From: Macrostomum hystrix
Lineage: Eukaryota > Animalia > Platyhelminthes
NCBI GenBank assembly: GCA_950097015.1
Contig: CATNEN010000030.1
Coordinates: 4,340,001 to 4,404,000 of the forward strand
Direction of reading: 5' to 3'
DNA: 64,000 nucleotides
In this document: piece after piece, positions 11,253 to 24,938 of the stretch
Numbering within the stretch: the first letter of the stretch is position 1
Layout of the letters: each line of letters begins with the position of its first letter
Notes under the pieces: model-generated
What the model was told of the DNA's origin: nothing
Databases searched by the model: none
Seen by the model: the letters and a program-made list of their open reading frames with translations, nothing else
Position numbers and translations under genes: made by a program

Positions 11253-13616
11253 ATGCTTGTATAATTCCTTGACTACGGATTTTTACACTTGCTCAAGCCT
11301 TGTACTGATCTCTGCGGAACATGACCTTTTCTAACCTGGTAGTTGTGGGCTAGATAATGTCAATGAATTCATCAGCAATTTTAAAAACAAAAGCATTCGA
11401 AATCTTTGCTCAAAGGTGCCAGTTTTCATTCGTTTACTTTTTCATGGAAGCTCAACTGCTAAGCCATTTGTAAAGGTTTCCTTTGTCTACATAGAACAGA
11501 GCCTCCCTGTCCTCTAAACTTACAGTTCCGAGCCCTAGTAGGATATCTAACAAGGAAGGATGCTCGTAAAAACGCTTCAAAAGATTTTCCTAGTTTCTTC
11601 ACTCTTCTTCTAAATCTTTCACTTCCTCGCTCTGTGAAAGAAAATTATTCGGTGCTAATTTAGTACATGCGCACTATGGAAAAAACTAAACTTAGACGCA
11701 TTTCATCTAATATTCGTTGTACTTTTCTTATAGTAAGACATATAGACTCAAATGCTCTACTTGGTACATAAGCGCTACAGCTACATCACTTTACATTTTC
11801 GTTTCCTATACAGAATGACATTCAATGCTATTTCTGTATATTATACTGACTATTATACTGTCTATTATAGTAGACTGCGCGAAAGAAAAAGTGGGCATTC
11901 AGTGCAGGATAAAGGAAAACCTCATTTAGCTGATTGATGCCTTCTTGTATTGCTTCGTTTTGTACATATACGAGAGTGCGAGAGAACGAGATCAGTACCA
12001 TTCTTTCGTGCCCAGAAATCTATAGACTATCTGTCTCCGATAGTACAGTTTTACTGGGTATGAGTTCGCTCAATGCAGAAAACCGAATGTTTGATCGAAT
12101 TACCGAACGCCATTTAAGTTTTTTAAACAGTCAAAGAGTTCGGTTTTTTAAGCAAAAGATTAACTTTATCAAAAACTATCGAACTATCAATTAGGCTATT
12201 TGGCTTTACATATATGACCAGGTGAATTGTAATGCAACACTAAATGTACTTTACTCTCCGGATTATCTTATCCGTATACTACTCGTATTATCATACGAAA
12301 TCGCTTCTCATACTTGACATAATCATTTATATGCTCTATTTGATACACACTGACTAGATGCTATATGATGCACACGCAATGACCACCGTATGAGTAGAAG
12401 GACGGAAAAGCAATTGCTTCTTAGAAAAGGCTTTTTAGAGGCTGTAAATATACAATGCAGATAGGAAATGTTTTACCTTATATGCACAAATGTAGTGACT
12501 GTGTTTGGTTTGAGGCTCATATTTTAATATTATTTTATTCATTTATAGATTCATCGATTTCTGACAAGCATTATTTGTAAAAACATAATTTTCATATTAT
12601 TCTATCTTTTTCTCTACATGCCTACACCTGTGCCTAAAATTACAGTAAGCTCTTAAGCAACAAAATCACCCGGAAATTAGCATTTTGTTTTCTACGTCCT
12701 CTGATCAGTCATTAAGTCATCATTATATTAATTCATTAACATAAATATATTACAAAGTTTCTCTTCTGCTAGACTCTAGCTTGATAACTAATTTATTAAT
12801 GTATTCCTAGACCCCATTTATGTTATTAGGATTGGGCTAGCAAAAAATAATATGAAGATAAACTTTGAAGAATAATGCTATTGTACTCGCTGGATCATCA
12901 TGTTAGGTAAGTTATAACGAGTTTTGGATCTGATTCCAATAAAAACAATCACCATTTAAATGTGAAAAAGTGAAATCTGCCTCCTAAAATTATTTTTAGA
13001 AACGTAGCTTTCCGTTATTCTACTCCTAGTCGGCCCTTAATTCTACGCACAGCTAGCGAAGTTTTATCACAAAGTCTCGGCGGTATGAGCGAGCCAGAGT
13101 TTTTGTGTTTATTTTGTGATGTTTTGGCTATAGGAGTCATTAAATGCGGGCCCGATCTGTGGCAGTGGGTTAGCATAGTACTCATTTCAGAACCATGGAG
13201 CAGATACTTCCTGAGAACATACCAAATAATTATCCCTGCTTTGCCTGTGCTCCAGGTGCTCTAGAGTCACGTAGTGCCTTCGAATAACACTTTTTATATT
13301 AAAAGCACGCTTCAATTTATTTGAAAAATTGCGATTTTCAGTTTATCTGACGAGAAACAAAAAAATGCGAGTGGGAATAAGAGGGCTGCATGCCCACGCA
13401 TAGCGCATAAAAGGAAATTAAAATGAAATTTTTAAGTGCTCAGGCTATTGAGAATTAATGTAGCATGCTGTTGAGTAGAGACGCTTGCTTGCTTTGAAAT
13501 CAATGGGAGTATGAGTGCCTAGAGGAAAATACAATGATAATAAGTGTAGAGTATCTTAATTTGACGGCTTAAAAAATCGCTGCCTGCTTCAAAAAGCAAG
13601 AATTTTTGCATGCATA

Positions 13617-14766
13617 TGTAGGGTGTCCCAAAAATAGTGGGAAAACTCGATGCAAAGCTTACAAGTAAACTAGTAAGCTTGTAAACTAACTACTAAAATA
13701 AAATTTATTAAAACTCACGTCACTGATAAATAAACTTTCGACAGTTGTAACGCTTTTTTAATCAAGTAAATATGTCTATTTATTTAAAAGTTATGACTAA
13801 AATTAGAACGAGGGGCACAGGGGTAGAGTTACACCAAGTCAAGGCCAGCAGCAGAATTGGTCACGCAGCATCGCCATCGACTGACGACTTTTCGACGAAG
13901 TCGCCCCTCAGCTCACAGCTCTTAGTCCATCGGTGAAAAGCGCATTGCTGGCATTTGCATAAGCTCGACGCGGAATTTCGTGCAGCAGAACCCGCCTGTC
14001 AACAAACTGGGCACCCATCTCGCCGTCAGTTTCACCATGCCAAGATCCACAAACAAGATCGATCCGATGAATTGAGGTTTTTGGACTCCCCAGTCGATCC
14101 GCCAACTCTCTTGCAGAGGGGGATTTTCCTGTATGATGTCCTTCATCCTTTGAATCTGTGTCTCTGTTGATGGAGAGATCGGACGGCAACGGTTGGCTGT
14201 GTGTCATCAGCAACGTCTGATCGCCCATGACTGAACTCGTCAAGCCAGCGATAGACAGCGCTCTTCGAGATGGCACTCGCTCAGTGGATTTCAGTCAGCT
14301 GGCTTACGATTTTATTACCCCGCTTGCCCAATTTCCACTGGGACTACACGAGCTGGCGTTGACCTTCTTTGGACGAAACGCTTAACATTGAACGATCGCA
14401 CAAGGGAAAATTCAAAATTTTAAACTCAACAGCGGCATCTTGTCGAGGCGTACACAATGTCGATATCCGCGATGTCTCGTGCTAGTTGCGTTGGTGCCAC
14501 GGAAATGTATTGCGTCAGCTTGTGTTTATTTTGATTCTGGTGCTCACGCTTCTCTGTTTGTCTTTTGCCTTTTTTCTGCTTGTTTTCTGATGCTTCCGCT
14601 CGTTCTCTTCTGTCGCAAAATTTTAGTCTAAAGAAATATTTACTTGATTGAAAAAGCTTTATAACAGTTTAATTTGTTTATTTATCAGTGACGTGAGTTT
14701 CAATAAATTTTGTTTTACTAGCTTGCCTCTGCATCGAGTTTTTCCAATATTTTGGGACACCTCTCG
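13617..14766 (-). mobile_element. Defective, internally deleted mariner (Tc1/mariner) DNA transposon
   Basis: Imperfect terminal inverted repeats of about 150 bp (ggtgtcccaaaa...aactcacgtcactgataaataaac) flanked by TA at 13615-16 and 14767-68. Frameshifted minus-strand fragments SKSAVYRWLDEFSHGRSDVADD, LADRLGSPKTSIHRI and DLGMVKLTARWVPSLL match the mariner HTH/WVPHEL region. No DDD catalytic domain is seen. Confidence 0.9.
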
Positions 14767-15293
14767 TAGAAACTCTGGCGCGCTTTTTAAGAGTTAACTA
14801 AAATTCCTCATAAACTGAGCTATTTTTTCCAACGTAAGAAATATATCTCACTATTATTTATAGTTGCGTATATTTAATCCCTTCCGATATAATATCTTCC
14901 TAGCTGTACAGGCAGAGTAGTAACATTCAGTATACCTACTGTCAAGTTATTTGTCAGTTCCATACTCTCACAGTCACAGTTCCTTACAGTCACTGCTGCC
15001 AGTTCTTCACAGCCACCGCAACCTGTTCCTTCTAAAGTCGCTATTTCTTAGTCCAATGAGTGAGTGTCTTCGTTTTTGCTATTTATGCTCAGCTTGTTGA
15101 ACAAAAATATATTTTACACGTACGCTCGTAGTTTAGGCATAAATAATAGTTTTATTTTGGAAACACACACTTGTCTCGCAGTCTATGGTACGATGTAAAA
15201 ACAATTATAAGAGTTTTGTAATGAAAGGAAATACGAGTAATTTGAGCCTTTATTGTCGTATATCGTATACATCAGCAAACAACATTTTGCAAA

Positions 15294-17668
15294 ATGGACT
15301 CAATCTTGGAGATTATTCAGCACGTGTTCGTGGGCTCCACCAGCGCTGCTGAGAACGTCGAACTATTGCGAGAACACGGCGTCACCCATCTACTGGGCGC
15401 AAGCAACGCCTACAACCTCAAGGACAGACGGGTCCGCTTTGGCTTCATACTGGGCTGCAAAAATGTTCACATTATGGACACTGTACTGGAGGTGGTCGAG
15501 GAGTGCAACGAATACATTCACTTCTGCAGAGTGAGTTGTAGCTTATATATGTTTTGATACTCCCGCGTATCATTCATAGCTGGGCTCGTTTGTAACATGA
15601 ACAAAAGCATTTCGGCCTTAATTTTGAATGAAAGTTTTATTTAAAGAAGAGAGTTAGAAAAAGGAAACTGGCAAAGTTAAAAATATTTTAAGTCAAGTCC
15701 CCCGAACACTGCCGGCATAGGAAAATATAGTCAGTAAGTTACAGTACGAGCGTAAAGTATCGTTGCAGTTACAATAACAGTACGTACTGTTCGCTGCCGG
15801 TATGGAATGCCGGTAAGGATTAGGTCATAAAAAATTAAGGAGACATGACACAGGAACATAACTGTGCAGTGATCGGGAAGGGACATCAAAGGCTGTTGCT
15901 TTCTTCTCTGAGTTTTGAAGCGTTGTCAATGCAAAATGGTTTTCAATAAAATACCATAAAAGTACAAGAACTCTTAAATTGAGCAATAATCCCTCTCTCC
16001 TAAGTATGATACACCGTTCGAATCCCACAAAAAATATTTCTAGACAAGAACATCCGTGAAAAAACAGCCCAAAGAATACCGCCTTCTCAGTCCCAGTCTG
16101 AAAGCCATCCATCAAAACCAGAAAGAATTGCGCCACACTATAACAATGACAGGTGACACGGGATGATGTAAAAGACTCAATGTCTTAATTTTGTTAATTA
16201 AATGTTCGTGTTTTAGCGAGCATCAAGCATGCCTAAAATGCGACAAATGGTTTTTGAGCTGGATGATTACTCGAGTACAAGACAGCTGCATTGATGACTT
16301 ATATCGAAAGAAATTTTGGAACGACCTTTACGTGACTACAAGATACGTAACTTCAATGGTTTTTCTCCTTAACTTTTACAAGCCAGTTCCCTAAGTCTAT
16401 CATTGATATCACAAGCGATAGCTTACAAGTCCTTCATATGCTTCCGGAATGAAGTCAATTCGTACGTTTATGTTTTTTATGTGCTTTAGCATCCTTAATT
16501 TGTGTAGCTAACTAAAAGTACGCTCTTATAGTCTTCATCGACATTTTTCGAAGCAGTTGAACATTTTATGGACGCAAAGACAATTTTTTTCTGAATAAAA
16601 TTCGCTAAAAATACAATTTCGTATGTTCATAAGAAAAAAAACAAAAACGCTGCATCGGCATCTAAATATTTGAGCCACCTAGCACGTGGTAACAATTAAT
16701 AGAACTGCTTCATGGGACCTCCAACTGGTTGCTCCTCTAAGCGGCTCTCCGAAAAACACATCTACATTAACATCGAGAGCCATGAAAAGAAAAAATATAA
16801 TAATATAGTATTTATATGTCAACGTATAATCGAAACAACAAAGGCCTGGCTGCTTAATTCCTTAACTCAACCACGTTGTAGAAGAACGGCTTCAATCTTC
16901 TAATTCATAGTCCGCGCTCACTGCCACTAAGTAGCCTCCTCATCGCCTTCTACCTAAAGACTGTATCGAACTGCGGTCTGCACGATACGCTGCAACTGAT
17001 TCGCCATTTCCGACCGGACCACAACGTGAGTCCCTACAGGCGCGAATGGAGACATTTCGAGACGCCGAACGGTCCTTACCACTTGGAGAGAAGACGACTA
17101 GCTGAGGCTTGGGGCGACAGGCAGCTGGTGCTGACCTACTTCGACTACGCTATTCTCACCCAGCTGCATATGGAGGCCAGGAGGATACAGCGTCTGTCAA
17201 CCGCGCATTGAAAATACTGTATTGTTTTCATAACTTAGAATTTTAGCCAACTCAGCGTTTCGCTTAATAGCACAATTTAGGTTAGTCAATTCAGCGAAGT
17301 CATACATTTGATTTGCCGGGTTAATCACCACAGACCGCCTAGGCAGCCAACGCCTGGTGCAGCCATCCGAAGGCAAGCTACTAACGTGGAAGGCGCTGGA
17401 TGACCATCGACGAAGCCTGCTAGTGGACAAGACGGTCAAGGAGGAGGCACAGCGTCGCGAGATGAAGGACCGACGCCACGAAGAGAAATACCAGATAACT
17501 TATGCGCCGGATTACAAGCTCACCTACGACTATCACGAGTTCGATGAAAGCATCTTTCACAATGACCGACTAGTGGACTTTTACCTTCCGTCAAGTATTT
17601 CATCGATGCTGGTCTTACAGAAACCAGCAGCTAAAGAAAACGGACAGGCAATGACCGACATTCGCTGA
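15294..17668 (+). CDS. Dual-specificity phosphatase-fold protein, probably catalytically inactive
   Basis: Exon 15294-~15530 (EIIQHVFVGSTSAAENVELLREHGVTHLL) matches the DSP N-terminal strands. Exon 16911-~17191 (RSLPLSSLLIAFYLK...LQLIRHFRP) matches the post-P-loop helices. A phase-compatible 32-nt microexon lies at 15781-15812 and a coding-like last exon at 17334-17668. The last junction is uncertain. Confidence 0.6.
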
Positions 17669-18496
17669 CCGCTGTGGCTGTGCAATGGAACCTTAATGGT
17701 CTGGAAAATCCCAAACAAATCGAAAGGTTAGGTCGCAATCCCAGATATATATATATATATATATAACTTCCAGGGAGAGGAAATCCAAGGGCCACGGGGC
17801 CGGATTTGGGTGCTTTGAGATCTATACCTACCTGTCCCTTGGGCTGATGGTTTAGGACCATGATTGGGGCAGTATATTATTTCTTGTTCACATCAGTTCA
17901 TTCTGTTTTTGTGTGTTTCTAATGCGGTCTTTAATAAAATAAAAAGTGAATTGTTAAGAAGCAAGTCATAGCCTTATAGTCACTCCAACAGATTTTGGGG
18001 CCGCTACGCTCATATTACATAGTGTCATGTGACTGCTGCATGGGACATGGCCTTGCAATGTGAAGATAAATAAAAATCTCAAGCCTGAATTTCAACTGTA
18101 TAAAGCTAAGTGATTCATTTTAAGCTTAACTTTTTTAATGGTTTCATATCATGCAAATGCTTATGCCGCTGCCTATGAACTTTGAACTGAGACAAATTAG
18201 ATAATACCTTAAGAGTTTTGCCAAACAACTTTACCAGTGGACGACACTAGACATTTGATGTTTTGTATTTCAGTTAGCAACTAGCTCGTACTTAAGTAAT
18301 TAACAGTTCAAATTTTCATAACAACGCACGTTTAGTAAACCGCAAGATCTCCTTAGAGACAAGTACAGTTGCAAGTCTCAATGACGCGAAAAACGATTAG
18401 GTAGCAAAAATGGGCCACGAAACTTCGAAAACTATCAGATTGACGCTTGGGATTTCAGTAGTAAACTGCAAGTAAAGTTTAAAGTTTAACAAAATT

Positions 18497-20036
18497 TCAT
18501 AACGTACGAGTATTTGTAAGTTTATTTTCCTGACTTGAATGCAGCTGCGACTCAAGAGTTCTCCTGCGGGACAAAACCTCATCCCACAGCAAGTAGGCCC
18601 CGGCCAGATGCCGCACTCCCTGAAATCCGGTGCGCGAGTGCAGCAGACGGGAGTTGTCAAACAGAGCCATCTCGCCTGCTTGCAGCTTCACCTGGAGGCG
18701 AACACCGTCGCTGCTAATCCCGACGTCACCTCGACCTTCAATGACATCGTTGAAAGTTTTCAACGCGTCGTAGATATCTTGGACGTCGGCCAGTGGCCAC
18801 GCCTGCAGTCGGTCACGCTGCTGGTTGCTGAAGTGCACCCGACTGTACTGCCACTCGCCATTCGGCCGGTACTCCAGCTCCACAGTCGGATGCGCTGCCA
18901 CAAGGTCGAACCGACGCTCTTCCAGTTGGCCGCGATCGCAAAATCGGACTGGCACTGATGTGAGCAGGCGGAACTTGTTCGGCAAATTGCGACGAATGCG
19001 CTCAGCGGCGGAGAAGCCGTCAGCAAAGAGGCTGTCGCCGCCAGGATCCTGAGCTTGTCGCAGGCAATGAAGGACTTGCACACCGGGCTGCTCGTGTAAG
19101 TATGGCAGATCCGTGTGGTAGTCTAGCCGATCAGGGGTGTAGCCCTTAAACGTTTTAGGGAAAGTGTTACAGTGTGATTTGCTCATTGCTTGGTTGGCAC
19201 AAGTTGCTTAACCTAATTTGACAACTTCCGTTTTTAGTATTTTTTAATACCATAACAAGGAATACCACCACCACTGATCACCTGCCTTTTAACCTTTGGC
19301 CTGAGAGTACAGTACGCTTAACAAAAGAGCCACTCTAAAACGTCATAAATTCTATTCCACTCAATACGAATGAACTAACTAAATTCCTTGGTTTCGCTTC
19401 AGTTTTCATTTCGAATGTCTCGCCATAGTGTGTCGTTCGCGGGAAAGCCAAGCGCTGGCACAGACGCTTCACTGTCCCTGGGTCCACTCCACAGCCCTCG
19501 AACAAGACCAGTCCCCGGTGTTCCAGCTCAAGCAGGACTCCGAGCAGCTCCGAGTCGTCACTCATCAGCCTATCAAAGCTGACTCTTTTTGGCTGTGTGA
19601 ACACTGGTAGCGACTCATCGCACCACAAAAGCGGTTGATTACGGCTGAGTGGGAGTCGTTGCCTGCACATATCATCAGCGTCAAATGCAACCGACCGCAG
19701 CCACTGCAGCCTGTAAGAGCTGTGATGTCCATCTTCCCAGGCCACTGTCATGGATTCTCCATTTTCACTAATCTTGACTGAGTCGACTTTCGTTTGAGGA
19801 TTGAAGTCAATCATCTTCAAATTGCGCAGTTCGGAACTAGCACTGTAACAGGCTAAACATTGGCAGTTGTCACGCAGCCAGGCAACAGGAAACTGTAACT
19901 TTTTATTCTCTATATTATTATGGGTTGTTGAGAGTGTGATTATTCTTTCTCTTTCATTCAGTGAAACATATGCGCTGGAGCCATTGAATCGCTTCAAAAT
20001 AGTTAAATAAAGTGGCGCTTTGATGAACCGAAACAT
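18497..20036 (-). CDS. BBOX1: Gamma-butyrobetaine dioxygenase-like Fe(II)/2-oxoglutarate dioxygenase (TauD/BBOX family), about 434 aa
   Basis: Exons 20036-19380 and 19144-18497 joined by a phase 0 GTTAGT..AAG intron. Motifs: WLRDNCQCLACY and WEDGHHSSY (N-terminal Zn domain), HTD iron ligands, DNSRLLHSRTGF and RHLAGAY. The Arg/Lys-rich N-terminus resembles a mitochondrial presequence. Confidence 0.88.
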
Positions 20037-23000
20037 TTTTTCTTCGCTGAAAAGTTTTTGTCGAAACAAAATATTGTTAAAAGCACAAAAACTGCAATTT
20101 AAAGTATCGGTTCATAGAGCCCAAAACTATAAGACTTTAATTTATAACTTTATTTTTATTAACAACCAAGCAACCACAAAGCAAGTCGTTTGCTTATAGA
20201 CGCTAAGAGAAATTTTAAGGAACTTAATTACTACCCTTGTATAATTATTGTTAAAGAGAAAGTTAAAAAATTATATAATAAAAGCATATTGTTAAATCTG
20301 CCAATAGAAAAGTCTAAATATTAGAGAATTACTTTAGTCATATATTTTTGTACTTTAAGCACAAATTAAGATGTCTGTAGCAAATCTTGAATCTCAATTT
20401 TGTCAGTGTCAGTCATATACAGTCATTCTGTTACTAAACTAGCCTTAAAATAGTTGGAAAAGTTACATTTATTAATACGAGAAGCAAAGTTCCTTTGAAA
20501 AAAGTAACTGAAAAACTTTCACCAATTACGACCTAAAATGAATTAACTTAAGTGAATCAAATCAAACGTGCTAAATTAGCTTGAAAATGACATGATAACA
20601 ATAAAACTATAGAAAATTAATGACGACAAGAAGCTAAAAATATGAATTTATTTTTTTACTCTAGACTTTACTTTAACGGCTGACCAAATATGTACTACTA
20701 TTTGAAAACGCGTCTGCGCTTTCTTGGAACTAAATCCTGCTAAAATGTAAATCCTGCTCCTCCTGCTTTGAATAAGCTGTGACTAGGACTAAAATAATGA
20801 TTAATATCGGCAGCTTCATTATGTTTTCAAAAAGCTGTCTATAAGTTTGGAAGCTAAATATTTTTTGTTTGACATAAACCTCTGGTTTTGCGCCCCTAAA
20901 CTAATCGACCAACCAGGTCCTAGTTATACTTCGGCCTAATTATAAAACCGTACTTATTTAAATTAGGCAAATTTCTGAAGGTGTGCTTTCCACCAATTAT
21001 TCTGCAATAATAAGCGAGTAGGGACATGTGTTATAACCGGATATGTTACGTTTTATTGATAGTCTTGCTGTGTATCCAAGGGCTCGGGCCGAAATCGTCA
21101 TATTCTAAATTATCATGAGCAGGTTGTTAAAAAAACATTATCTAGATCGTCATATTGTCCACATTGGACAATGTGACTTTCATGAAATTGTCACGTTGTT
21201 ATTTTATTTTCTCCGCAAACAGCTTTGTTGAAAGCATATGCGAATCGAAGCATACATTTTTGGCCTTATCTCACTTGGCTCTACACAAATAATGTATTTT
21301 GAGCCACTCAAAGTACATTGCACATAACATAACATGTGCACTGAGTTTTGTTCCGCATGGAGCTATGTGCATGTAACTCAAATGTGCCCTTCTATTGTAT
21401 CATCATTCCATAGCAATGCCACTTATTTGTATTTCACTTATATTTATAGCTCCAAACAATTGCACAATTTTATTCAACAAGGTGTTTGTTGTGCTTGCAC
21501 TTTTATTGATAATTTTATCTGTATCTTCTCTAAACTGTCTTTAATCCAATCGATGTGCTTGTTTGTTGTGCCTACCTAATGCTTTCAATAGTACTTTTTA
21601 TCTGTATTTAGTTTTAACTGCCTTTAAATCAATTAATTGTTTAAATCAAATCAATCAAATCAAATCAAAATCAAATTATACATCAAATTGCATTCGTAAT
21701 TTAAATGAGCAATGAACAAATAGTCAAGATCCTCATATTAAATTTAATATTGTGATACTTTTGTGCAAATTGTCATCACTATATGCTATTTTATAATATG
21801 ATGATTTCATCTGTATGCTATCCAAGTATCTAGTACTAGTAGGCCTAGGCCTTTAGAAGTTTCAATGCCACAATATGGCAGTCACATGTATGTAATGTTA
21901 GGTATGATTTTCCCCAGTCTCCAGATGTTGGAGACCCAAGTGCAAAGCCCTAGACTTAGAGATTGCAATGTGCATGTTGTAGGCTAGGATAGTGTAGAGC
22001 TTTACCCTTTGCCTAATCCTTTTGAGTCCCAAACTAGCTTCCTGTGTATGTTATTGCATTTTCAGAGTTTCATGTATGTACCTGTAGGGCCTATATTACA
22101 TTAAGAAATCTCATTGCTTAAAATATGGTACAGAAAGCTACATAAGGTCCATATTCTGGATCTTGCTAGGTTCATATCAGAACAAAATCATAGAGTTTTT
22201 CTTTTGCATACCAATGCCAATCAGGTGCACACCAAGAGTCCCAAGACATATTGTGATGACTTTTTGCATGCCAATGCCAAGCAGATACATGCTAAATTGT
22301 GAATTCATTGATTTATTTTAATGACAATGTATTCAGCATTTTAAAAAAGTTACTTGAATAGAAATAGTATATTATATTAACTATTGACCTTGAATAGTTA
22401 CATGAAAAAGTTAATATATGCAAATATTACATTCTATGATGCATTACTTAAGGTATTCAACAGATATACTTATTTGAACTGATTACAAGTATTTAAATGT
22501 TTAACACATTAAATTATATACACATACCACAGCACTGCAAGGTGGACTCGTGCAATGCTATGCAAGCCATTGCTAACCCTCCTACACACCAGCCCATGCC
22601 ACACAATTGCTTTTGCATGCCAGTGCTAGTGAAAATTCTGGCATGCACTATATGATCTAGACTAGGCCTATGGCATGAGATTATATTATACCTATAGTAT
22701 GTTTTGTTATTGTTATATTGATATGAGAAAAATTTGCTTACAAGTGCCCTCAAGCTATGATACTGTAGCTATGTTTGAATTCCAAGTTCCAACTGATCAA
22801 ATGTGGAGCATTTCCAACCTCTACTCAATTAGTAGCTAGCTAGTAGGTGCTTTTTGCATTGTTAAATCATTTATCTAACTGATAAATAAGCTTTTCAAAC
22901 AGTTTGCCCTAGTTATTGACGTAGATTTAATTTATTACACATTTAATGAACCTTCCCTTTGCTTTAAATGCATTCAAATAGTTTTGTTTGAGTGGCTATG

Positions 23001-23552
23001 GATATGAAAAATAATAGCTAGGTCTTCATAACCCAGCTCTATCTATTATTTTCTTTTTAATCAGGGGTAAAATAATTTGTGATGTTCACTATTAAATTTG
23101 TATATTTCAGGGCCCTATACCCTGGCCATAGATCAATAGAAATCTTTTGCTTTAATAACTACTATATGTAGCGAAAATTCATGAAAAGTTACTATAAACC
23201 TACATGTATGTTAATTAGGCAAATTCCTATACAGTTAAAGAGTTATAACTCATATTCTTAGTGTAAAAAAATAGAAAAATTACTGTCCGAAAATATATTA
23301 ACTTGTTCCAAAAAAGTATGCAAGTTAGAAATTATTCCATTAGAAATGTAGTGAAAGCAGCTACAATTCATTTAATATGTTTCCTCTATGTTTATGAATA
23401 TCAAATTTTATAATTTATTGCAGTTTAGCATGTTGACAGACTATGCTTGTTTTAAGTTACTATTGCTCTGACAGCTGGTGTAAACCTGTTTCTCCATTGA
23501 TTTTTCAGCCCATCTAGGCCGCACTAATCTAGTTAATTTACGAGTTCATTGA

Positions 23553-23936
<384 letters not shown>

Positions 23937-24071
23937 GCGATGTCTGAATGGCTGCGATCGCAACTATTATATAAATCAATTAAATAGGATAATCGCAAAT
24001 AGCCCAAGTTCCACTTCTTTAGCTAGGATCCCTTCTAAAATCAGTTTCTATTATGAAGCACAATGTCTAAT

Positions 24072-24077
24072 AATAAA
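24072..24077 (+). terminator. Candidate polyadenylation signal of the subunit c gene
   Basis: AATAAA about 135 nt after the stop codon, followed by T-rich sequence. Confidence 0.5.
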
Positions 24078-24509
24078 TTGATTTGTTTTTTCCATCTCGA
24101 TAGATTATGGCATAACCAATGCGTATATTATCTTATTTTCTATCATTTGTTAGTTTTTTTCTACTTTTCACTGCTAGCCATCTATTAAAAGTGATGAGTG
24201 CGGTGTGTAGTACTGAAGGTAGTAGATCTCCTGCGTTTGCTACTAAGGTGTTAGTAAACAGAAGATATATAATATTTACGATTCGCTGCTCCTTCGCACG
24301 TAGTACATTTTATGACCACTTTATAGTACGTATTCTGTCCGATTTTCTGTGGCTTAGTTTTGTGAACATCTTGTTGCCTAATAAATAATACATAAATAAT
24401 AAATAAATAATCCAGTGACTAACACAAAATATTTGCCTTCTTGCTATACTTTCTTATACGTATTTTTGATAAGCAACAGTTAAATAAAAGGACAGATTCA
24501 CATTCACAG

Positions 24510-24719
24510 GGAATGGGTAGAGAAGCAGGTGGGAATGGGTTGAGATGCAGGTGGGAATGGGTAGAGATGCAGGTGGAGATGGGTTGAGATGCAGGTGGAG
24601 ATGGGTTGAGATGCAGGTGGAGATGGGTTGAGATGCAGGTGGGAATGGGTAGAGATGCAGGTGGAGATGGGTTGAGATGCAGGTGGGGATGGGTAGAGAT
24701 GCAGGTGGGAATGGGTTGA
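24510..24719. repeat. 22-bp purine-rich minisatellite, about 9 copies
   Basis: Unit gagatgcaggtggagatgggtt with variants. Confidence 0.92.
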
Positions 24720-24938
24720 CAACTAAACTTCCCAGTCTTCATAGTGTTGTTTTCCTGTGCCTTCAGGCCATACTTTTTGAGCTACTCGTATGCAAAAAAA
24801 TATGTTATTGCTGTTAGATTCTTGTAAGCTCGTACAGCTGTTACTGTCTCTGGATAAATGCTTATAGAGTTAGCTGATTAATTTTCAGCCGTGTAATTCC
24901 GATTTTGCAGTGCTTTTCTGCCTAGCCCGACTTCTGAA

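Noticed and set aside
21644-21684. (CAAAT)n run as a LINE tail
   Set aside because: No adjacent reverse transcriptase-like coding remnant was recognised in the AT-rich flanks.
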